In this document: piece after piece, positions 29,995-38,964 of the stretch
How positions within the stretch are numbered: the first letter of the stretch is position 1
Layout of the letters: each line of letters begins with the position of its first letter
From: Candidatus Eiseniibacteriota bacterium
Lineage (GTDB): Bacteria > Eisenbacteria > RBG-16-71-46
Assembly: GCA_963744995.1 (NCBI GenBank)
Contig: CAVUWA010000002.1
Span: forward strand, 1,088,001-1,152,000
DNA: 64,000 bases
Reading direction: 5' to 3'
Notes under the pieces: generated by a model
What the model saw: the letters and a program-made list of their open reading frames with translations, nothing else
Databases searched by the model: none
Told to the model about the DNA's origin: nothing
Translations under genes and position numbers: made by a program

Positions 29995-32532
29995 TCAACC
30001 GTTCAGATCGGCCGCCCGTGGGTTGGCAGCACGGGCGGGGGAGACGGCGTCCTGTCGCCTCACCGACCGGTATCGGCCATTTTGCAATGCGGCTTGAGGG
30101 GATTCCCGCCGGGCCTGACGGCCCGCCGGGGTGAGCTGCTTCATGACCACCACGGTGATGTCGTCCAGCGGCTGGTCCGCCCAGTCGCGCACCGCCTGCA
30201 CCAGAGCCTTGAGGATGTCTCCGGCCCGCCGCGCGGCATGGTGCTCCAGCACACGGCAGACCCGCTCCACCCCGAACAGCTGGTCGCCGCGCCGCGCCTC
30301 GGTGAGCCCGTCGGTATAGACGAGCACGACGTCGCCCGCCCCGAGCGTGAGGATGGCGTCGCGATACTCGGCCCGCGGGCTCACGCCGAGCAGCACGCTG
30401 GCCTCGGTGACCTCCTCGAAGGTGCCGTCCACGCGGCGCACCAGGGGCGGCGTGAGGCCGGCATTGGCGAAGCTCACCCGCCCGGCCCGCGCCTCGCAGC
30501 GCGCACACAGCAGGCCGACGAAGTTCTCCGGATGGTCGAGCTGCACCAGCTCCTCGTTGAGCCGCTGCAGCAGCTCGTGCGGCTCCGGCTGGAGCCGTGC
30601 CTCGCTGCGGAAGCGCGCCTGGACGCCGGCCAGCGTGAGCGCCGCGGGAACGCCGTGACCCCGTGCGTCCCCGACCGCCAGCGTGAAGGTGCGCTCGCTG
30701 CCCTCGACGAAGTCGTAGTAGTCGCCGCCCACCGGCTCGCAGGCGAGCGCCGCCGCCGCGCAGTCGAGCGTGGGGTAGACCGGCACCCGCCGCGGCAGGT
30801 AGTGCGACTGGATGCGCCCCGCCTCACGCAGCTCCCGATCGAACGCGGTGTGCGAACTCGCCGCGTGGCGCAGCTCCGCATTCTCGAGCGCGACCTCGAG
30901 GTGCGCCGCGCTGGCTTCGAGGTCCACCAGCTCGCGCGTGCTGAACCAGGGCCCGGCGAGCCGGTTGCCGAGCATCAGTAACGCACGCCACCCGCCGCGG
31001 CCGACCGGCAGGACCCAGCGCACGCCGGCCGCCTCGAGCGCCCGGCGCCCGGGCCGCGCGAGCGGCAGCTCGTCCACCTGGACGGGCGCGCGCGGCGGCA
31101 GCTCCGCCTCGATCAGCCCGGGCCCGGGCGGGGCGTTCGCGCGGGCGCCGCACGAGGCGACCAGCCGCGCCGCGCCCTCCCTCACCAGCCATGCGGTGCA
31201 GCCGTCGAGAGCGAACGTGCGGGACCACATCGCACACGCATCGCCCAGCAGGCCGGCGGCACGGTCGCTGTCCGCCTCGGCGTCGATCGTGACCTCCGGC
31301 GGGAGGGCCCGCGGCCGCTCGAGGCGGTCGTGGCCGATGCTGCGCAGCCACGGATGCGCGGGACCGACCAGCGCCGCCGCGAGCGCGATGAACGCCAGCG
31401 AGCCGCCGGCGAGGCTGCCGCCGAGGTCGGGCCACAGCCGGCCCGCGAGCCACTCGCTGCCGAAGTACGCGAGCACGCCCGCGGCGGCCAGCACCAGCAC
31501 CAGCACGCCCGAGCGTACGGCGACGCGGAAATCGAAGATGCGGTGGACGACCGCGGCCCACGCGAACGACGCCGGCACCAGCAGGGTGAGTGCGACCGCC
31601 CAGCGCTCACCCGGGAACTCGACCTCGGGGAACAGGTTGCGCACCACGATCAGGGCGGCGAGCGGGCCGACGCCGAGCGCGGTGCCGGCCAGCACGACGC
31701 GCAGCCGGCGCCGGGTATCGGGCGAGGCCGCGCGCAGATAGGACCGCGTGAACAGCGCGAGTGCGAGCAGGAGGCCGATCGCGAACCACAGCGAGGCCGC
31801 GATCTGCAGCAGCTCCTGGATCGTCTGCACGCCGCCGGCTGCGAGCGACTCCAGAACGATGGTGCCGATCGAGCCCAGGAACAGCGCCGCCGCCACGAGG
31901 TAGCCGGCCGAGACCCACGCACCGAGCCGGCCGCGGGCCTGGCGCGACTCGGGGAACAGGGCGAAGAAGTGGATGAACAGCGCCGGCAGCAGCACCGAGG
32001 CGCCGGAGAGCACGATCTCGTGCGCGAGGCTCACGAACGGCCAGTCGGGGTAGGGCAGCGGCGCCAGCAGCCAGGCGAACGCCAGGCACAGCAGCAGGAA
32101 CGTGCGGGTCAGACGGTCGCGGCGCTCGCTCCACACCCAGCCGCCGAGCAGCAGGAAGCCGCAGGCCACGGCGAGCAGCGCGGCGCGCAGGCGGCGCTCG
32201 GCCTCCGGCAGGTGCCTGGGCAGCAGCGAGACCCGCATCACCCGGCCGTCCCGCTCGATTTCGAGGTCCATGGGGACCCCGGGCAGGGCGTGGGCCAGGG
32301 GGCCGCGGGCGCGGGAGATCGAGCGGCCGGCATCGTGCAGCCGGATCACGTCGCCGGGACGGATGCCGGCCTGGTCCCCGGGACCGCCGGGCATGACCGT
32401 GGCGACGCGGCGTCCCTGCAAGGACATCCCGCTGTAGGGCTGCATCGGAAGGCTCAGCGCCGTGAGCGCGACCGCCGCGCCGACGGCGAGCAGGAGCCCG
32501 GAAAGCACCACGGACAGGGGACCGCGATCCAT
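29995..32532 (-). CDS. Membrane sensor phosphatase: PDZ + multi-TM + SpoIIE/PP2C domain
   Basis: PGGPGDQAGIRPGDVI (PDZ), about 9-10 TMs, VGGDYYD, GDARGHG, YTDGLTEA, DDITVV. Confidence 0.9.
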   Translation of the reverse strand: MDRGPLSVVLSGLLLAVGAAVALTALSLPMQPYSGMSLQGRRVATVMPGGPGDQAGIRPGDVIRLHDAGRSISRARGPLAHALPGVPMDLEIERDGRVMRVSLLPRHLPEAERRLRAALLAVACGFLLLGGWVWSERRDRLTRTFLLLCLAFAWLLAPLPYPDWPFVSLAHEIVLSGASVLLPALFIHFFALFPESRQARGRLGAWVSAGYLVAAALFLGSIGTIVLESLAAGGVQTIQELLQIAASLWFAIGLLLALALFTRSYLRAASPDTRRRLRVVLAGTALGVGPLAALIVVRNLFPEVEFPGERWAVALTLLVPASFAWAAVVHRIFDFRVAVRSGVLVLVLAAAGVLAYFGSEWLAGRLWPDLGGSLAGGSLAFIALAAALVGPAHPWLRSIGHDRLERPRALPPEVTIDAEADSDRAAGLLGDACAMWSRTFALDGCTAWLVREGAARLVASCGARANAPPGPGLIEAELPPRAPVQVDELPLARPGRRALEAAGVRWVLPVGRGGWRALLMLGNRLAGPWFSTRELVDLEASAAHLEVALENAELRHAASSHTAFDRELREAGRIQSHYLPRRVPVYPTLDCAAAALACEPVGGDYYDFVEGSERTFTLAVGDARGHGVPAALTLAGVQARFRSEARLQPEPHELLQRLNEELVQLDHPENFVGLLCARCEARAGRVSFANAGLTPPLVRRVDGTFEEVTEASVLLGVSPRAEYRDAILTLGAGDVVLVYTDGLTEARRGDQLFGVERVCRVLEHHAARRAGDILKALVQAVRDWADQPLDDITVVVMKQLTPAGRQARRESPQAALQNGRYRSVRRQDAVSPARAANPRAADLNG
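30070..30097 (-). promoter_or_regulatory. sigma28-type promoter inside the 3' tail of the phosphatase gene
   Basis: TCAAG-N15-GCCGATAC on minus strand, pointing at the 18-aa ORF. Confidence 0.7.
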
Positions 32533-32563
32533 GCGGACCTCGCTCGGGAAGGGTGGTCGGGTG

Positions 32564-32591
32564 AGGCTAGCAGCGGAGGGGGCCCTGTCAA
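32564..32591 (-). promoter_or_regulatory. Putative sigma70 promoter of the phosphatase gene
   Basis: TTGACA-N16-TAGCCT with TGn extension on minus strand. Confidence 0.5.
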
Positions 32592-32640
32592 GCCCGCAGG
32601 TCAGGATGGACGGAACCCCCGGAATGTGTCTATTCTCGCC

Positions 32641-32668
32641 TTAAGTTACTGGCGGCCTATGCCGATAC
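32641..32668 (+). promoter_or_regulatory. sigma28-type promoter of csrA-flgM-like
   Basis: TTAAG-N15-GCCGATAC, 56 nt before csrA ATG. Confidence 0.75.
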
Positions 32669-32724
32669 GCTGACTGTCCATGGGTCGGGGTCATCCCGAC
32701 GCTGGAGCGGAGGAAGGCTTCACG

Positions 32725-32937
32725 ATGCTGGTCCTAACAAGGAAGTTAGGAGAGAACATCCGGATCGGAGATTCGGTCAAGATCACCGTCCTCGAGGTCC
32801 GCTCGGGTCAGGTGAAGCTCGGCATCGAAGCGCCGCCGGAAGTAAAAGTGCACCGGGAAGAGATCTATGCCCGCATCCAGGAAGAGAACCGCCGAGCCCA
32901 TGGTCCGTCCGCGCGCGACACCAAGAAAGAAGGCTGA
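32725..32937 (+). CDS. csrA: Carbon storage regulator CsrA
   Basis: [16 protein letters not shown]...[21 protein letters not shown]. Confidence 0.97.
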   Translation: MLVLTRKLGENIRIGDSVKITVLEVRSGQVKLGIEAPPEVKVHREEIYARIQEENRRAHGPSARDTKKEG

Positions 32938-33205
32938 GCCGGGCGCGGTGCTCACAGGGTCCGGACGCAGGCGGTCCGCCGGAAAGCGCGCCGCCGCCGA
33001 AGGCAACATGGCCGGCACGACGCCCGGGACCGGGCGCAGGCGGAAGCGCGGCGGGCCGACCGAGTGGACCCGCCCCGAAGACGAGAAGATCCGCTGGTCG
33101 CGGGTGCTGTCCGCGCAGGCGCGTATCGCTTCGGACTTCTACGAGCGCGAGGACGTGAAGGCTTTTCTGGTGGACGCCGTGCTCGAGGAACTCTCGCGCC
33201 ACTGA
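32900..33205 (+). CDS. FlgM-like anti-sigma28 factor (start uncertain; alternative ATG at 33008)
   Basis: Disordered basic N-half; C-terminal [32 protein letters not shown] resembles the FlgM C-terminal helix pattern; context. Confidence 0.6.
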   Translation: MVRPRATPRKKAEPGAVLTGSGRRRSAGKRAAAEGNMAGTTPGTGRRRKRGGPTEWTRPEDEKIRWSRVLSAQARIASDFYEREDVKAFLVDAVLEELSRH

Positions 33206-33232
33206 ACCGCCGTCCATACGGGATTTTCCACG

Positions 33233-33259
33233 GCCCGCCGGCCTCCGCCGGCGGGCTTT
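33233..33259 (+). terminator. Putative intrinsic terminator after csrA-flgM-like
   Basis: 10-bp stem GCCCGCCGGC-CTCC-GCCGGCGGGC followed by TTT (short U tract). Confidence 0.55.
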
Positions 33260-33305
33260 GGTCTGCGCTCCGGATTTGCCATACTGCCGCGGCGATGGAG
33301 CGCTC

Positions 33306-34499
33306 ATGCCGTTGACGAAGGAACGTCGCACCGCCCGCCGTGCGCATGCGTCCGCCCGGCCCGCCGATTCGATCGCGCGGGCGCTCATGGCGGACACCGG
33401 CGCGGGTGCGTTGCTGGTGGACCCGGAAGGCCGCGTGGCGGAATTCAATGCCGCCGCGAGCCGGCTGCTGTCGCTCGCCGGCGCGCGAGTGCGGGGGCGC
33501 ATGGCGGCCGATCTGTTGCGCACGGTGGTGGCCGGCGAGGACCTCGTGCGCGAATCGCTCAGGCGCGCGCAGACCGAACGCGAGGCGCGGCTCTCGGGAA
33601 GCGACGGCGGCGACGTGCCGGTGCTGTTCCGCAGCTATCGGGTGGGCCAGCCGCCGTGGCTGGTCATCACGCTGCACGACCTGACCCAGCACCACCGTCT
33701 GCAGCAGGAGCTGCGCCGCCACGAACGGCTGGCGACGCTGGGGCAGCTCTCAGCCGGGGTGGCGCACGAGATCCGCAATCCGCTCGCCGGGATCGGCACC
33801 AGCGCCCAGGTGCTGCTCAAACGCTTCGAGCCGCGCGACGAGCGCATCCGCTTCGTCCAGGTGATCCTCGACGAGGTCTCCCGCCTCGATCGCATCGTCA
33901 CGAGCCTGCTCCAGTACGCGCGGCCGCGGACGCCGTCGCTGCGGCCGGGCACGCTCGCCGAGTGCGTGGACCACGTCGTCGACCTCGCCGCCGAGCAGAT
34001 CGCCGCGGCACACGTGCGCGTCGAGCGTGACGTGGCGCCCCGGCTGCAGCCGGTATGGGTGGACCAGGATCTCGTCACCCAGGTGCTGCTCAACGTGACG
34101 CTCAACGCCGTCCAGGCGATGCCGCAGGGCGGGACGCTGCGCTACGAGATCCGCAAGGTGATGCGCCGGGTGCCCCCACGCGGTCCCGGGCGCCGCGCCG
34201 CCGACCGCGCGCGTGCGGCCGGGCGCCGTGCCGCGCCGAAGCTCGCCTGGCAGCAGATCCGCGTCAGCGACACCGGCGCGGGGATTCCGCGTGGCGTGCT
34301 GTCCAAACTGTTCGATCCGTTCTTCTCGACCAAGCCGCAGGGCACGGGGCTCGGGCTGTCGATCTCCCAGACCATCATGCAGGAGCACGGCGGCGCCATC
34401 GAGGTCGCGAGCCGCGAGGGTCGCGGCACCACGGTGCTGCTCAACTTCCCCCTGGAGAAACGTTATGGCCAAAGGCGACGCTCCGACGCAGACCGCTAG
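33306..34499 (+). CDS. Cytoplasmic PAS histidine kinase (NtrB/FleS/FlrB-like)
   Basis: PAS (LLVDPEGRVAEFNAAA), AHEIRNPL, NAVQAM, DTGAGI, FFSTKPQGTGLGL; no TM. Confidence 0.93.
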   Translation: MPLTKERRTARRAHASARPADSIARALMADTGAGALLVDPEGRVAEFNAAASRLLSLAGARVRGRMAADLLRTVVAGEDLVRESLRRAQTEREARLSGSDGGDVPVLFRSYRVGQPPWLVITLHDLTQHHRLQQELRRHERLATLGQLSAGVAHEIRNPLAGIGTSAQVLLKRFEPRDERIRFVQVILDEVSRLDRIVTSLLQYARPRTPSLRPGTLAECVDHVVDLAAEQIAAAHVRVERDVAPRLQPVWVDQDLVTQVLLNVTLNAVQAMPQGGTLRYEIRKVMRRVPPRGPGRRAADRARAAGRRAAPKLAWQQIRVSDTGAGIPRGVLSKLFDPFFSTKPQGTGLGLSISQTIMQEHGGAIEVASREGRGTTVLLNFPLEKRYGQRRRSDADR

Positions 34500-35883
34500 T
34501 CCGCAATCGATTCTCATCGTCGACGACGAGCGCTCGATCCGGTTCGGCATCAGTGAATGGGCGCGCGATGCCGGGTATCAGGCCCACGAAGCCGCGAGCG
34601 GGCGCGAGGCGCTGGAGCGGCTGCGCGAGCACGCCGTGGATGCCATCATCCTCGACCTGAAGCTCGGCGACGTGGACGGGCTTCAGGTGTTGAAGCGCGT
34701 GCGCGAGGAGGACACCGGCGTGCCGGTGATCATGCTGAGCGCGCACGCCAGCTTCGATCACGTGGTCCAGGCCATCAAGCTCGGTGCGTTCTGGTTCCTG
34801 CCGAAGCCGCTCGACACCGAGCAGCTCGGGGCGCTGCTGCAGCTGGCGCTCGAGAACGCGCGCCTCAAGCGCGAGGTCGAGCTGCATCGCAAAGAGCGCC
34901 TGCAGCCGCTGATCGGCGACAGCCAGGGCTTGAGGCGCGCGCTGCAGCTGCTGGAGAAGGCCGGCAAGAGCCGCGACGCGACCGTGCTGATCCACGGCGA
35001 GACCGGCGCGGGGAAGGGCCTGCTCGCGCGCTACCTCCACGCGCACAGCGCGCGCGCCGAGGGGCCGTTCGTCGAGCTCAACTGCAGTGCGATCCCGGAG
35101 CAGCTGCTGGAGAGCGAGCTCTACGGCCACGAAAAGGGCGCCTTCACCGACGCGAAGCGCTTCAAGAAGGGCCTGTTCGAGCTGGCCGACGGCGGCACGG
35201 TGTTCCTCGACGAGATCGGGGAGATGACGCCCGGCCTGCAGGCCAAGCTCCTGCACGTGCTCGAGACGCGCACCTTCCGGCGCGTCGGCGGCAACGCCGA
35301 CGTCACCGTGGACGTGCGGGTGGTCGCCGCGACGCACCGCGATCTCAAGAAGGCCGTGGCGGAGGGCCGCTTCCGCGAGGACCTCTACTTCCGGCTCAAC
35401 GTGGTGCCGATCGTGGTGCCGCCGCTGCGCGATCGGGTCGACGACATCCGCGTGCTCACCGACCACTTCCTCCAGCACTATTGCCGCGACCTCGGCCGCG
35501 CGACGGTGCGCGTGCATCCCGATGCGCTCAAGGCGATGCTGGCCTACCGCTGGCCCGGCAACGTGCGCGAGCTCAAGAACGTCATCGAGCGCGTGCTGCT
35601 GCTCGAGGCCGAGGACGAAATCCGCGCCGAACATCTGCCCTCCGAAATGCACGGCGCGAGGCCCGCTGCGGGCGATTCCGATCCGTTTCCGGCCGGCGTG
35701 GTGCGTCCGCTCGCCGAGATCGAGCGCATGGCGATCGAGCACGCGCTGCAGGTCTGCGATCGCAACAAGACGAAGGCGGCGCAGCTGCTCGGCATCTCCC
35801 GGCAGACGCTCCGGACGAAGCTCAAGGAGTTCGTGCCGGACGCCGATAACGACGACGCCACGGAGATGGACGACACCCCCTGA
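34465..35883 (+). CDS. sigma54-dependent response regulator (REC-AAA+-Fis HTH)
   Basis: [57 protein letters not shown]. Confidence 0.96.
   Translation: MAKGDAPTQTASPQSILIVDDERSIRFGISEWARDAGYQAHEAASGREALERLREHAVDAIILDLKLGDVDGLQVLKRVREEDTGVPVIMLSAHASFDHVVQAIKLGAFWFLPKPLDTEQLGALLQLALENARLKREVELHRKERLQPLIGDSQGLRRALQLLEKAGKSRDATVLIHGETGAGKGLLARYLHAHSARAEGPFVELNCSAIPEQLLESELYGHEKGAFTDAKRFKKGLFELADGGTVFLDEIGEMTPGLQAKLLHVLETRTFRRVGGNADVTVDVRVVAATHRDLKKAVAEGRFREDLYFRLNVVPIVVPPLRDRVDDIRVLTDHFLQHYCRDLGRATVRVHPDALKAMLAYRWPGNVRELKNVIERVLLLEAEDEIRAEHLPSEMHGARPAAGDSDPFPAGVVRPLAEIERMAIEHALQVCDRNKTKAAQLLGISRQTLRTKLKEFVPDADNDDATEMDDTP
35822..35849 (+). promoter_or_regulatory. sigma28-type promoter in the last codons of the activator gene
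   Basis: TCAAG-N15-GCCGATAA. Confidence 0.65.
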
Positions 35884-36102
35884 CGTCCCTCCGCGGAGCG
35901 GCGCAAACCGCTCCGCCTGCGCGCGCCGCCGATCAGGATCCGTTCGGGCCGCCCGATCGGGCGGTTCGATGCTGGGCGGGCGATTTGCATGCGCCCCTTC
36001 GGCAACTGCACGATTTCCAGCCGCCCTCAGCGTGCAAACGGCCTCTGCCGATCCGCTCCACCGCCCTCGCCCGACCCCATAAATCGCGCTGATCCAAGCG
36101 AA

Positions 36103-36125
36103 TGACCGCGGTTTTGACCGCGGTT
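36103..36125. repeat. Tandem TGACCGCGGTT x2 (each with palindrome ACCGCGGT); candidate enhancer
   Basis: Exact 11-mer repeated at 12-bp period, about 65-85 bp upstream of the sigma54 box. Confidence 0.55.
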
Positions 36126-36188
36126 ACGCAGTCTTCCGCGCCCTCCGTGGACCCGTGTCCTGCATGCCCGCCGCGTACGCGGCGTGAC

Positions 36189-36204
36189 TGGCACGCGCGG
36201 TGCA
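36189..36204 (+). promoter_or_regulatory. sigma54 (-24/-12) promoter
   Basis: TGGCACGCGCGGTGCA with GG-N10-GC spacing, 43 nt before the receiver ATG. Confidence 0.8.
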
Positions 36205-36247
36205 AATGAGCCTCGCGCACCGCACTTCCCACGGAGACCCCGATCCC

Positions 36248-36640
36248 ATGCCGCACATTCTCATCGTCGAAGACGAACCCACCACCGCCTGGGCGCTCGC
36301 CGAAGGTCTGTCGGACGACGGCTACACGATCGACACCTTCCGCACCGGCGAAGAAGCCTGGCAGTGGTTGCAGAGCGGCGAGAGCGATCTCGTGATCTCC
36401 GACCTCCGCCTGCCGGGCATGAGCGGCCTCGAGCTCGCACGCAAGCTGCGTCGCGGCCGCCATGCGCAGCCGGTGATCATCGTCACCGCCTACGGCACCC
36501 CCGAGATGCTCGACAAGATCCGTCGCGCCGGGGTCGCCGACTGTTTTCCGAAGCCGTTCCCGGTCGACATGCTGCGCCGCTCCGTGCGGCAGGCGCTCGA
36601 CGCGAACGGCGATCGCCGTCGCCTGCGGAAGGCCGCGTGA
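36248..36640 (+). CDS. Single-domain response regulator
   Basis: ILIVEDE, ISDLRLPGMSG, VTAYG, KPF; no output domain. Confidence 0.92.
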   Translation: MPHILIVEDEPTTAWALAEGLSDDGYTIDTFRTGEEAWQWLQSGESDLVISDLRLPGMSGLELARKLRRGRHAQPVIIVTAYGTPEMLDKIRRAGVADCFPKPFPVDMLRRSVRQALDANGDRRRLRKAA

Positions 36641-36945
36641 GCGCGCGCGGCCGTGACAGGGGCGACGCGCTGCCGCGCGTGCTGCCCTTCGACAGCCGGC
36701 GCCGGATCGCCGCGGTGCTCGAGCGCTGCACGCGCACCGAGCGGGCGATGCTCGCCCTGCTGCTCTACGAGCGGCTTTCGACCGGAGAGACGGCCGACGC
36801 ACTCGGCGTCCCGGCCGGCGAGGTCGAGCGCGTCTACGGGGGGCTCATGCGCAGGCTGGACGGCGCGCTCGAGAGCGGCGCCCTGCCGCGCACGCGCCGT
36901 GCCCGCCCGAAGGACGAAGACGTCGAGTTGAGGAAAGCCTCTTGA
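36637..36945 (+). CDS. Stand-alone sigma70 region-4-like HTH protein
   Basis: ERAMLALLLYERLSTGETADALGV matches sigma region 4; GTGA/TTGA overlaps on both sides. Confidence 0.7.
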   Translation: MSARGRDRGDALPRVLPFDSRRRIAAVLERCTRTERAMLALLLYERLSTGETADALGVPAGEVERVYGGLMRRLDGALESGALPRTRRARPKDEDVELRKAS

Positions 36946-37217
36946 GCGCCCCGCGCCCGGTGACCCCGGCGGCCGACCGCCGCGCCGCGCTGCCGGCGGG
37001 GCTCGACCAGCGGCTCGATCACATCGCCCGCGCCCGGGCCACGCTGGCCGAAGAGGCCCGCCGCCTCGAGCGCATCGGCTTCGAAGATCCGCTGTGCCGC
37101 TGCCGCGAGGAGCGCCGTTACTGGGACTTCCTCGCCGCGCTGCACGCCATGGCCGTCCCGGCCGCACCGGCCTTCGCCGACGCGCCGCTGCCGCGATCCT
37201 CCCGGAGGTTCGCGTGA
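36942..37217 (+). CDS. Small hypothetical helical protein
   Basis: Coupled by 4-bp overlaps to both neighbours; coiled-coil-like core. Confidence 0.65.
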   Translation: MSAPRPVTPAADRRAALPAGLDQRLDHIARARATLAEEARRLERIGFEDPLCRCREERRYWDFLAALHAMAVPAAPAFADAPLPRSSRRFA

Positions 37218-38110
37218 GCGGGCGGCGGCGCGATCCCGGTCCCGGCCTGAACGTCATGCGCGGCGCCGGCGACGTCCCGCGCGAGGACGCCGACCACCCG
37301 GCCAACTGGACCCGCCCGCGCGCCCGCACGGTGGTGGTCGCGAGCGGCAAAGGGGGCGTCGGCAAGAGCAACCTCGCCGCGAATCTCGCGGTCGAGCTCG
37401 GCGCGCGCGGCGCGCGCGTCCTGCTGCTCGACGCGGACTTCTCGCAGGCGAACCTCGACCTGCTGCTCGGGCTGCACCCGCGCTACGACCTGCAGCACGT
37501 CGTGTCGGGGGAGCGCACCATGGAGGAGATCGCGGTCGAGGGCCCGCGCGGCGTGATGCTCGTGCCGGCCGCTTCCGGCGTGCCCGAGCTCGCCGATCTG
37601 GACGACTTCCGGCGCGAGGCGCTGCTGCGCGGCCTCGGCCATCTCGACAAGGACGTGGACCTCGTGCTGATCGACACGGCCTCCGGCGTGTCGCGCCAGG
37701 TCACGTCGTTCTGTCTCGCGGCGGACGAGGTCATCGTGATGACCACGCCCGAGATGCCTTCGTTCTCCGACGCGTACGGCCTCGTCAAGGTGCTGCATGG
37801 CCACGGGCTGGCGCGTGCGCCGCAGCTGGTCGTCAGCATGGCGACCGGCGCGGAGGAGGCGGAGGAGACCGCGCACCGGATTCGACTGGTCGCGCGGCGG
37901 TTCCTGAACCTGGACATGCCCTTCCTGGGCGCCGTGCCCTTCGATCCCGCGGTGGCGAGCGCCGTGCGCCGGCAGGAGCCGGTCTTGACGGCCTATCCCC
38001 AGTCCCCCGCGGCGCAGGCGTATCGCGCGCTTTCCCGGAAGCTCTGGCAGCCGGTTCAACCGGATCCCGCCGCCGATCGCCCGACGCTTCATCGTCTCCA
38101 GGCTTCCTAG
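37214..38110 (+). CDS. flhG: MinD/ParA-family ATPase, FlhG/FleN-like
   Basis: ASGKGGVGKSN, DADFSQANLDLLLG, LIDTASG, TTPE...SDAYGLVK; directly upstream of sigma28 gene. Confidence 0.85.
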   Translation: MSGRRRDPGPGLNVMRGAGDVPREDADHPANWTRPRARTVVVASGKGGVGKSNLAANLAVELGARGARVLLLDADFSQANLDLLLGLHPRYDLQHVVSGERTMEEIAVEGPRGVMLVPAASGVPELADLDDFRREALLRGLGHLDKDVDLVLIDTASGVSRQVTSFCLAADEVIVMTTPEMPSFSDAYGLVKVLHGHGLARAPQLVVSMATGAEEAEETAHRIRLVARRFLNLDMPFLGAVPFDPAVASAVRRQEPVLTAYPQSPAAQAYRALSRKLWQPVQPDPAADRPTLHRLQAS

Positions 38111-38127
38111 ACCCAAGGAGTCGCCCC

Positions 38128-38964
38128 ATGCCCCGCGCCGCCGTCAGCACCGGAACGAGCCGTCGCCCGCCGTCCCGCATGATTCCCGCCGTTCGCCGCG
38201 GCACGCCGCGCCCCGTCCCGCCGGCCGCTCATCCGGTGACCTACGGGAAGGACGACCTGCTGAAGCGGTTCGCGCCGCTGGTGCGCCACGTCGTCGAACG
38301 CGTCGCGGCGAGCCTGCCGAAGAACGTGGATCACGAGGACCTGTACTCGGCGGGCGTGTTCGGCCTGCTCGACGCGCACGCCAAGTTCGACACCGGCAAG
38401 GGGGTGAAGTTCGAGACCTACGCCGTGTGGCGCATCAAGGGTGCCGTACTGGACCAGTTGCGCGCGCTCGACTGGGTGTCGCGTTCGATGCGGCGCAAGG
38501 CCCGCAACCTCGACGGCGTGACGCGCAAGCTCGACCAGAAGCTCGGCCGCGCGGCGTCCGAAGAGGAAGTCGCGCGCGAGATGAAGATGAACCGTGGCGA
38601 GTTCTACCGCCTGCTCGACCACGTGCGCGGCGCCGTGCTGGTGTCGCTCGACGAGAGCCGCTCCGGCGACGACCAGGACCAGTCGACGCTGGCCGACCAG
38701 CTCGCCGATCCGCAGGCCGTGGACATCGAGGGCCGCCTCGAGCGCGATCAGGTGCGCCACGTGGTGCTGCAGACGCTGGATCACCTGCCCGAGCAGGAGC
38801 GCCTCGTGGTCGCCCTCTACTACTACGAACATCTGACGCTCAAGGAAATCGGCCGCGCCCTCGGCATCTCCGAATCGCGCGTGTCGCAGGTCCACACCCG
38901 GGCGATGTCGCGCCTGCGCCTGCGCCTGCACAAGGCACTGCACGACGGCGAGGGTCTCGTATGA
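38128..38964 (+). CDS. fliA: RNA polymerase sigma28 factor (FliA/WhiG family)
   Basis: KFETYAVWRIKGAVLDQLRALDWVSRS, LYYYEHLTLKEIGRALGISESRVSQVH. Confidence 0.95.
   Translation: MPRAAVSTGTSRRPPSRMIPAVRRGTPRPVPPAAHPVTYGKDDLLKRFAPLVRHVVERVAASLPKNVDHEDLYSAGVFGLLDAHAKFDTGKGVKFETYAVWRIKGAVLDQLRALDWVSRSMRRKARNLDGVTRKLDQKLGRAASEEEVAREMKMNRGEFYRLLDHVRGAVLVSLDESRSGDDQDQSTLADQLADPQAVDIEGRLERDQVRHVVLQTLDHLPEQERLVVALYYYEHLTLKEIGRALGISESRVSQVHTRAMSRLRLRLHKALHDGEGLV

Noticed and set aside
36942..37217. Small helical protein as an RsiG-type c-di-GMP anti-sigma
   Set aside because: Lacks the E-x3-S-x2-R-x3-Q-x3-D signature
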